Below are positions 26,419-32,900 of a DNA stretch of 32,900 nt, in pieces. This DNA comes from Archangium sp. GTDB lineage: Bacteria > Myxococcota > Myxococcia > Myxococcales > Myxococcaceae. Within the stretch, counting starts at the first letter, position 1; each line of letters opens with the position of its first letter. The DNA lies in NCBI GenBank assembly GCA_031367385.1, contig JANLPS010000254.1, positions 1-32,900 of the forward strand, read 5' to 3'. The notes beneath the pieces were generated by a model. The model worked only from the letters and a program-made list of their open reading frames with translations. It had not been told where the DNA came from and made no database searches. A program made the translations under genes and the position numbers.

Positions 26419-27240
26419 TCACTTTCGAGCCACCAACCCCAGCGCTGCCGCCACGACCCGCTGCACCGCCGCCCGAGTGAGGCCTTGAAACACCATTGGT
26501 TCTTCGTCTGAGCCCCCGGTGCGCTGCCACACCGCCGTCTGCAGCCGCTCGACCAGATAGCGCTGCTTCTCCGGCCCCACGAAGAGCAGCGTGGTCGACT
26601 GTGAGCCATCGAACGCGCCGGCCTTCAGCTCGAGCAGCTCGCCCGACCAGAACGATTCGAGCACCGACGCCTGAGCCCTCGGCACCGCCAACCCCCGCGC
26701 CGAGGGCCTGAGGAGCTTCGTCTGCTGCAACGCCGCGATCGCCTCACGCGCCGCCTCCGCCGCGATGCCCGCCCGCGTCAGCCCCTCGACACAGGCCTCG
26801 ACACTCAGCGCATTGGCGAGCGACCGCTTTTGCTCGGGCCACAGGTGCGCCACCAGCGCGACCTCGCTCGGCAGCAACGCAGTCGCCGCGCCGTCGGGCC
26901 CGGCCAGCTTCGCCGCCAGCTGCTTGCACAGGTCGGTCACCGACATCGTCGCCTCGACCCTGACCCCATCAGCCACCGTGCCCGCCGCGCAGGCCCGCTC
27001 TCCGCGCAGATACACGCGCCGCATGAACGGAGCCGCACCGCGTTTCAGCTCAGTCACCTCGAGCACCCGAGTCGGAGCGGCCAGGACCTTCACGGCGTCG
27101 AACGAGCCAGCGTCGGCCTTCACCGCCGCGGCCGCCTTCGCGTCACCCGGCCCAGCCCCCATCACCAGTGAGCCCGGCACCGGAGCAATCGCCCCTGACG
27201 CCACCAGCCCATCGATCGCCCTGCGTGAAATCAGGCTCAC
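26419..27240 (-). CDS. Hypothetical protein with weak resemblance to EspG-type secretion chaperones
   Basis: Long ORF with normal codon bias. GTG at 27240 overlaps the upstream TGA (GTGA); alternative start 27261. The EspG resemblance is by eye only. Confidence 0.65.
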   Translation of the reverse strand: MSLISRRAIDGLVASGAIAPVPGSLVMGAGPGDAKAAAAVKADAGSFDAVKVLAAPTRVLEVTELKRGAAPFMRRVYLRGERACAAGTVADGVRVEATMSVTDLCKQLAAKLAGPDGAATALLPSEVALVAHLWPEQKRSLANALSVEACVEGLTRAGIAAEAAREAIAALQQTKLLRPSARGLAVPRAQASVLESFWSGELLELKAGAFDGSQSTTLLFVGPEKQRYLVERLQTAVWQRTGGSDEEPMVFQGLTRAAVQRVVAAALGLVARK

Positions 27241-27947
27241 GCGGTCGACGGCTTGAGCCACGAATCGAAGCGTGACCCGCGAACGAGCTTGGCGAGGCGC
27301 TGCGCCGCGGCGAAACCGCCCTGAAAGACGACTCCGTATTCGCCCTTCTCGGCCTTTTTCTGAAACAGCTCGGCCGCGCCGTAGTCGCCCGTTGCGGCGC
27401 CCTCGAGGTATGCGACCGCTCCGCGAACCCCGGTGGCCAGGTTGCCCGAAATAAACCCGCCCGACTTCACTTTGATGTCGGGCGCGATCTTCGGCAGCAC
27501 GAAGTTGAGCGTGCCGTCGATCAACGCGGTCACCGGCATCAGTGCTCCAAAGACGAAGTCGACGCAGCCCCCGACCACCGCGTCGATGTCGCGAAAGGTA
27601 TCAGTCTTGGCGGTGCTGACCTTGTACTGCTCGTAGCCGGTCGCCACCGAAGCCAGCGCACCGAACCCGTAGCGGGCGATCTCGAGCGACTTCGCCACTT
27701 TCACATCGGAGAGGTTCTTCGCGACCAGCGACAAGGCCCGCAGCAACGGCTTGGCTGCCGAATGGAGCTCGGCAAACCGCGAGACGGCCTCGACGTGAGT
27801 CACGGCATTGAGCACCTGCGGCGCGTGCCGGGCGGTCCACCCTGCGGTCTCGGCGGCAGTCAGCTCATCGCTGACCGCGAGCTTCGTGTCGTCATCAGCT
27901 TGGGGTTGCGGGGCCACGCGGGCCGGCGCCGGTTTGATCGGGCTCAT
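27237..27947 (-). CDS. Hypothetical protein with Pro/Ala-rich N-terminus and central Gly/Ala-rich hydrophobic helices
   Basis: ATG start, typical codon usage, segments YGFGALASVATGY and AVVGGCVDFVFGALMPVTALIDGTLNFVL. No Sec signal peptide. Confidence 0.7.
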   Translation of the reverse strand: MSPIKPAPARVAPQPQADDDTKLAVSDELTAAETAGWTARHAPQVLNAVTHVEAVSRFAELHSAAKPLLRALSLVAKNLSDVKVAKSLEIARYGFGALASVATGYEQYKVSTAKTDTFRDIDAVVGGCVDFVFGALMPVTALIDGTLNFVLPKIAPDIKVKSGGFISGNLATGVRGAVAYLEGAATGDYGAAELFQKKAEKGEYGVVFQGGFAAAQRLAKLVRGSRFDSWLKPSTA

Positions 27948-28235
27948 CTCGGTCGACCGCCTACAACAAATTCCAGTTCTTGAGCATCAAGCTGAGGGCC
28001 ATTCAGTTGAAGTACCATGCCTGCCTCGCCTGATGCCATTGGGCGCTCGCGCGAAAAAGGCTCTCGGTTCTTGAGAAACGTGACGACCCTCCCGCTGCCC
28101 GAACTGAAGACGCCTCCCCCCACCCAGGGTGGATTGCCGGTGCTCCAGTGCGTCACGCCCCGACCTCGAATAGGCCGGGAGATCAAAGTCTTTGAACACT
28201 TTGGAGCTCGGCACGAACCACGCAGTGCCCCTTGG

Positions 28236-29894
28236 GTGGGTCTGCGGGCAGCGCTCTTCATCGGCATCGTCGTGACCGGGTGCGACGGAGCCATTGACGC
28301 GCCCGTCACCGTCGTCACCCCAGACTCCCAGCCGCTGTCGGCCTGCACCGCCAAACCCCAGCCGGGGCCTTCGCCGATTCGGAGGCTCACCCGCCAGGAG
28401 TACGACCGCACCCTGCGAGACCTGGCCGCCGACACGACCCACCCAGCCGCCGAGTTCGGCGCTGAAGAAGAGGCCCTGGGGTTCAGCAACAACGCCGCCG
28501 CCCTCGTCACCAGCCCGGGGCTCGCCCAGAAATACCTCGCCGCCTCCGAAGCCGTGGCGAAGCGCTTGAGCGCCGACCTCACCCGGGTCAAAGGGTACGC
28601 CTGCGACCCGGCGGTCAAAGGCGACGACGCCTGCGCGAGCCAGTTCGTCGATGCGTTCGGCACCCGCGCCTTTCGCCGCGCCCTCACGCCCGATGAGCAC
28701 CGCGCGCTGCTCGGCGTGTTCGCCACCGGCCGCACCCTGGGAGCGGTCGACGCCGCGGGTCAGCCCGTCTTGCCCTTCATCGCCGGCATCGAGTTGGTGA
28801 TCGAGGCCGCGCTGCAATCGCCCGATTTCTTGTACCGCACCGAGGTCGCGGGCTCGTCACTGAGCGACTTCGAGCTGGCCTCTCGCCTGTCGTACCTGCT
28901 GTGGGGTTCGATGCCCGATGAAGCGTTGTTGGCGGCCGCCACAGCCGGCCACGTGCACCAAAGCGCCGAGGTGAAAACGCAGGCCGAGCGCATGATGCTC
29001 GACCCCAAGGCGCGTGAAACAGTGGCCGAGTTTCACCGCCAGTGGCTCGACTTCGATCGCATTCACAACGTCGGCAAAGCCGCGGCCGTCTACCCCCAGT
29101 GGAGCCAGGCCCTGCCCGACCTGATGGAGCACGAGACCAATGCCTTCATCGAGCAAGTGGTCTTCGAAGGCGAAGGCACCTGGGACGCCCTGCTCACCGC
29201 GCCCTACTCGGTCGTCAACGCCCCGCTGGCCGCCTACTACGGTGACCCAGCCAGCAGCCAAGGCACGGCATTTCAAAAGACCGCCATCGACCCCGCCCGG
29301 CGCTCGGGGTTGTTGACGCAAGGCTCGCTGCTCACCGTCAACGCGCACTCCAACCAGACCTCGCCCGTGCACCGCGGCAAGCTCATTCGAGAAGCGTTCT
29401 TGTGCGACGTGATGCCGCCTCCGCCGAAGGAGGTGGTGATCAACGTGCCTGAGCCGACGCCTGGCAGCTCTGCGCGTGAGCGCTTCGCCCAGCACTCGAG
29501 CAACGCCGCCTGCAAAGGCTGCCACACCTTGATGGACCCGCTCGGCTTCCCCTTCGAGAAGTTCGACGGGGCCGGCGTGTACCGCGAGACCGAGAACGGC
29601 AAACCCATCGACGACAGCGGCGAAATCACCGCGAGCGACGTGCCGGGGGCCTTTCGCGGCGTCGGCGGGTTGGCCGCCAAGCTCACCGCCAGCCCCCGAG
29701 CCCGTCACTGCTACGTGAAGCAGTGGTTTCGCTTCGGGTACGGCCGCGGAGAAACCGCCATCGATGCCTGCTCGCTCGAGCAGCTCGACACGCAGTTCGA
29801 AAAAAGTGGCCGCAACGTGAAGCAATTGCTGCTCGGGCTGACCCAGACCGACGCGTTTCTCTACCGCTCGCCCATTGACGGAGGCGCGCCATGA
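28236..29894 (+). CDS. DUF1592/DUF1588-family (PSD/PSCyt-domain) lipoprotein with c-type heme motif
   Basis: IRRLTRQEYDRTLRDL, RAFRRALT, LQSPDFLYR, FELASRLSYLLWGSMPD, RSGLLTQ, TSPVHRG, CKGCH..MDPLGFPFEKFD; lipobox VVTG-C at 28281. Start uncertain: GTG 28236 chosen over ATG 28017 so the signal peptide is N-terminal. Confidence 0.85.
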   Translation: MGLRAALFIGIVVTGCDGAIDAPVTVVTPDSQPLSACTAKPQPGPSPIRRLTRQEYDRTLRDLAADTTHPAAEFGAEEEALGFSNNAAALVTSPGLAQKYLAASEAVAKRLSADLTRVKGYACDPAVKGDDACASQFVDAFGTRAFRRALTPDEHRALLGVFATGRTLGAVDAAGQPVLPFIAGIELVIEAALQSPDFLYRTEVAGSSLSDFELASRLSYLLWGSMPDEALLAAATAGHVHQSAEVKTQAERMMLDPKARETVAEFHRQWLDFDRIHNVGKAAAVYPQWSQALPDLMEHETNAFIEQVVFEGEGTWDALLTAPYSVVNAPLAAYYGDPASSQGTAFQKTAIDPARRSGLLTQGSLLTVNAHSNQTSPVHRGKLIREAFLCDVMPPPPKEVVINVPEPTPGSSARERFAQHSSNAACKGCHTLMDPLGFPFEKFDGAGVYRETENGKPIDDSGEITASDVPGAFRGVGGLAAKLTASPRARHCYVKQWFRFGYGRGETAIDACSLEQLDTQFEKSGRNVKQLLLGLTQTDAFLYRSPIDGGAP

Positions 29895-31273
29895 AGCTGA
29901 GTCGCCGAGTGATCTTGCGGGGTGCCTCAGGAGCCGCCCTGGCGCTCCCGATGTTGGAGAGCGTGGGCTGTGCTCCAAGCGGCGAGCCCGTTCGCGCCGT
30001 CGCCGCGAAAAAAGAACAACCCCTCACCTTCCCCAAGCGAATCGTCTTTTTCTACACGCCCAACGGCAACCTGGTCTTGCCCCCGTCGATGAACGACTTC
30101 GCCGGCAGCCACCTCGAGCCGCTTGTGCCGTTTCGCGAAAAGATGGTGCTGATCAAAGGCCTCGACCTGCTCGCGAACAACTTCGGCCCAGGCGAGCCGC
30201 ACCAGCAAGGCATGGCGATGCTGACCGGGCGGCACCTCAACTCGGGCTCCCAAATCGGAGGCGATGGCTCGCTCTCAGGGTGGGCGGCCGGCCAATCGGT
30301 CGACCAAGCCATCGGCACCGAGATCGGCAAGGGCACCCGGTTCAAGACCCTCAACGTCGGCGTGCAATCGACCCAATACGGCGGCACCGAAGTGCGCACG
30401 GTGCTCAGCTACGCGGGCAACGACCAGCCCATCGCCAACGAGACGAGCCCGTACGCGCTCTACAACCAGCTCTTCTCGCAACTCGGCGCCGACCTCACCA
30501 GTATCAACCGCGACCGCAACCGCCGCCACTCGGTGCTCTCTTTCGTGAAGAGCCGCTTCTCGGCCCTGACCCCGCGCCTCTCGGCCGCCGACCGCCAGAA
30601 GCTCGAGCAGCACCTCGACGCGGTCAACGAGATCGACACGCGCCTCGACAACCCCAGCGGCATCCCCGGGGGGTTCTGCAGCCAGCCCAACGTGGGCGCG
30701 CCCTTGAACCTGACCGACCCCGCCAACTACGGAGCCATCGGCACCCTGCAGATGGACCTGGTCTCGATGGCGCTCGCTTGTGACTTGACCCGGGTGGTCA
30801 CGCTGCAGTGGTCAGCCTCGACCAACAACCGCCCGTACCCGTTCTTGAAGTACGACGATGGCTCGGGCCTCAAGCCCATCGCCGACGACGAGCACATTCT
30901 CGGCCACCAGCCCGACACCGACGTGCACGCCTGGGGCAAGCTCGCGGTGATTCGCCGCTGGTACATGAGCCAGCTCGCGTACCTGATGGGTAAGCTCGCC
31001 GCGGTCAAAGAGGGCGGCGGCACGATGCTCGACAACACCGTCATCGTCTGGTGCAGCGAGATTACCGCCGGCAACACCCACAGCCACCTCGATGCGCCCT
31101 TCATGCTCTGCGGCGGCGCCGGCGGTGCGTGGGCCACCAACCGAATGCTCCAGTTCGTGGGCGATGTGCCGCACAACAACCTGCTCGTGTCGTTGATGAA
31201 TGGCATGGGCGTGCCCGCCACGACCTTCGGAGACCCTGAGCACTGCACCGGGCCTCTGGCAGGCCTCGTCTAA
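29891..31273 (+). CDS. DUF1552 family protein with twin-arginine (Tat) signal
   Basis: SRRVILRG..GAALALPMLES, PKRIVFFYTPNG, SVDQ.I, DRQKLEQHL, ALACDLTRV, EHILGH, GTMLDNT, H..LLVSL..GMG. ATGA overlap and GGAGG RBS. Confidence 0.92.
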   Translation: MKLSRRVILRGASGAALALPMLESVGCAPSGEPVRAVAAKKEQPLTFPKRIVFFYTPNGNLVLPPSMNDFAGSHLEPLVPFREKMVLIKGLDLLANNFGPGEPHQQGMAMLTGRHLNSGSQIGGDGSLSGWAAGQSVDQAIGTEIGKGTRFKTLNVGVQSTQYGGTEVRTVLSYAGNDQPIANETSPYALYNQLFSQLGADLTSINRDRNRRHSVLSFVKSRFSALTPRLSAADRQKLEQHLDAVNEIDTRLDNPSGIPGGFCSQPNVGAPLNLTDPANYGAIGTLQMDLVSMALACDLTRVVTLQWSASTNNRPYPFLKYDDGSGLKPIADDEHILGHQPDTDVHAWGKLAVIRRWYMSQLAYLMGKLAAVKEGGGTMLDNTVIVWCSEITAGNTHSHLDAPFMLCGGAGGAWATNRMLQFVGDVPHNNLLVSLMNGMGVPATTFGDPEHCTGPLAGLV

Positions 31274-31274
31274 G

Positions 31275-31910
31275 TCACTTCTTCGCGATGAAGAGCACGT
31301 GCTGGCTGCTGGCGATCTGCCAGGTGCGGGTGCTGGCGAAGTGCCCGTTGTCGAGGCGCCGCTTGAACGCAGCGTCGTCACCGGCCGACCAGATGATCGC
31401 GGTGCCTTTCGCGGCGAGCGCCTGGTGAATCAGCTTGAGCCCTTTTTGTGAATACAGCCCCGCGTTGGCCTCGTGGCTGATCGCGAACGGGCCGTTGTCG
31501 ACGTCGAGCAAGATGGCGTCGAAGGTCGCGTCGTTGCGCTTGAGCGAGTCACGCACGTCGCCCACCTCCAGCGTGACCCGCCGGTCAGCCAACGGGTTCT
31601 GGGCCAGCGGCGCGAGAATCGTTCGGTTCCATTCGACCAGGTCGGGCGACATTTCGCTCAAGGTGACCTGCGCGTCTGAGGGCAGCAAATCGAGCGCTCT
31701 TCGCAGCGTGTACCCGAAGCCCAACCCGCCGATCAGCACCTTCGGAGCGCGCATGCCCAGCGCTTCACAGCCCTTGTTCGCCAGCTCGTCTTCTGAGCCG
31801 TGGCGCTTGCTGCCCATGAGAATCTTGCCGTCGGTGAGCACCAGGTACTCGCCGCCGCGGCTCTTCAAAGTCAGGGGGCCTGCGGTCGCCAACGTTTGCC
31901 AAGGTTTCAC
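31275..31910 (-). CDS. Spermidine synthase-like SAM-dependent methyltransferase-fold protein
   Basis: LMGSKRHGSEDELA, VLIGGLGFGYTL, FDAILLDVDNGP, IWSA. Start set at GTG 31910 (MKPWQTL); the track's 32024 start overlaps the divergent sigma gene and its promoter. Confidence 0.82.
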   Translation of the reverse strand: MKPWQTLATAGPLTLKSRGGEYLVLTDGKILMGSKRHGSEDELANKGCEALGMRAPKVLIGGLGFGYTLRRALDLLPSDAQVTLSEMSPDLVEWNRTILAPLAQNPLADRRVTLEVGDVRDSLKRNDATFDAILLDVDNGPFAISHEANAGLYSQKGLKLIHQALAAKGTAIIWSAGDDAAFKRRLDNGHFASTRTWQIASSQHVLFIAKK

Positions 31911-31973
31911 TTCGCTCACAGTACCTGTACAAGCGCCTGAATTCAGTCGCTCTTTTGAAGGGCGCTCGAGCCT

Positions 31974-31999
31974 GAAACACCAAACCTGATGAGCCGTAG
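31974..31999 (+). promoter_or_regulatory. ECF sigma (CarQ-type) autoregulatory promoter: -35 GAAAC, 16-nt spacer, -10 CGTAG
   Basis: GAAAC (31974-31978), ACCAAACCTGATGAGC, CGTAG (31995-31999) just upstream of the sigma gene. Matches the generic ECF AAC...CGT consensus and, from recall, the M. xanthus carQRS promoter. Confidence 0.72.
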
Positions 32000-32011
32000 G
32001 AAGAGGAGCCG

Positions 32012-32548
32012 ATGGGTCCCCCAACGGATGAGGTCCTGATGGAGCGATTCTGCAGCGGAGATACGACAGCGTTCGACACGCTGTTCGTGCGCCTCTCGCC
32101 GCAGGTCAAGGGCTTCTTGACGCACATGGTTCGAAGTCGAGCGCTCGCGGAGGATCTGTTGCAAACGACGTTTCTCTCAGTGGTGCGAAGCCGAGACCGG
32201 TACCAAGCCGGCGCCCAGGTGGCTCCCTGGGTCTTCGCCATCGCCGCCAACGCGGCCCGCGATGCCTTGCGGCACCAGAACCTGAGGGTCGAGGTCAGCA
32301 CCGAGAAGCAGGCCGATGCGGGGTTCGAAGCCCCGATGGGCGACCCGGGCTTGCGCAACGAGCTCGCGAAGGCCTTCGCCGCATTGCCTGAAGCGCAGCG
32401 AGAGGCCGTGTTGCTGCACAAGGTTCACGGGTTGACCTTCGAGCAGATCGCTGAGGCCGTCGGCACCAGCCCCACCGCCGCGCGCATTCGCGCCCACCGC
32501 GGGTACGAGCGCCTCCGCAGCCTCCTCGGCCACTTGGAGGAGTCATGA
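32012..32548 (+). CDS. carQ: ECF RNA polymerase sigma-70 factor, CarQ-like
   Basis: MERF..G...AF..LF, AEDLLQTTFLSVVRSR, IAANAARDALRHQ, REAVLLHKVHGLTFEQIA and AARIRAHRGYERLR closely recall M. xanthus CarQ. GAGGAG RBS; alternative start at ATG 32039. Confidence 0.85.
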   Translation: MGPPTDEVLMERFCSGDTTAFDTLFVRLSPQVKGFLTHMVRSRALAEDLLQTTFLSVVRSRDRYQAGAQVAPWVFAIAANAARDALRHQNLRVEVSTEKQADAGFEAPMGDPGLRNELAKAFAALPEAQREAVLLHKVHGLTFEQIAEAVGTSPTAARIRAHRGYERLRSLLGHLEES

Positions 32549-32900
32549 CTTCGGCCCCTCGCCTCGACGACTTGCTTCGTCAGCACGCGGCAGCGACTCC
32601 GCTGAGCGAGCCGGAGACCTCGCGCACGTTTGCGTTGACCGCGGCTGAGCTGACCAAGCCGGTGCGGCCCTGGCGTCGCGACGCGCGAAACCTGGTGCTG
32701 GCGGCGGTCGGCATGTCGGTTGGGTTGACCGCAGTGAACCTGGCGACAGGCAATTCGTCGCTTGCGTTGTTGCTCTCACGCTTGGCGACCGTGCTGCCGT
32801 TGATGGCGTTGGGTGGCATGGCGGCCTGGTTTGCAATCGCGCCGGGCAAGCTGCGCGCGCGGTGGGGTGTGATCGCCGCGACCGTGTTGGCGATGGCAGC
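32545..32900 (+). CDS. carR: Membrane anti-sigma factor, CarR-like (DUF1109/NrsF family); 3'-partial, absent from the ORF track
   Basis: ATGA overlap with the sigma stop and GGAGG RBS. Manual translation MTSAPRLDDLLRQH...KPVRPWRRDARNLVLAAVGMSVGLTAVNLATG...LLLSRL...AAWFAIAPGKLRARWGV gives several TM helices and recalls CarR (LDSLL, PVRRWR, LLLAR). Open to the window end. Confidence 0.78.
   Translation, partial: MTSAPRLDDLLRQHAAATPLSEPETSRTFALTAAELTKPVRPWRRDARNLVLAAVGMSVGLTAVNLATGNSSLALLLSRLATVLPLMALGGMAAWFAIAPGKLRARWGVIAATVLAMA

Noticed and set aside
27948..28235. Possible sigma-54 promoter-like words on the minus strand (TGGTAC-N5-CTGA, TGGCCC-N5-TTGA), a repeated GTTCTTGAG and a CTTGA-GCA-TCAAG palindrome in the divergent gap
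   Set aside because: The invariant -12 GC is missing and the repeats are too short to distinguish from chance.
32012..32900. Functional link between the carQR photoresponse and the PKS lipid cluster
   Set aside because: They are separated by about 13 kb of unrelated genes, and I saw no CarQ-type promoter in front of the PKS run.

Overview
High-GC window that looks myxobacterial (MYXO-CTERM protein, DUF2378, carQ/carR, DUF1592-DUF1552 pair). From left to right it holds: the 3' part of a Gly-rich, Ig-domain surface protein; a ~16 kb minus-strand gene run; addB and addA split by an inverted lipoprotein gene; two orphan genes; a DUF1592/DUF1552 pair; a spermidine-synthase-like methyltransferase; and the start of a carQ-carR locus with a recognisable ECF promoter. 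The minus-strand run encodes a small ORF, a GAF-GGDEF cyclase, an SDR, DUF2378, a saccharopine-DH-like putative trans-enoyl reductase, two Pfa/Hgl-like iterative PKS proteins, a stand-alone pseudo-dehydratase and a PPTase. The PKS cluster is the standout. Both intact ACPs carry Thr rather than Ser at the phosphopantetheine site (LGIDTVKQ), next to a translationally coupled PPTase. Most catalytic domains are also paired with a dead copy (KS0-KS twice, DH0/DH, pseudo-ACP/ACP), an architecture that matches no Pfa, Hgl or enediyne system I know. No CRISPR, tRNA/rRNA or mobile element was recognised. All calls are from motif reading and recall; no searches were run.
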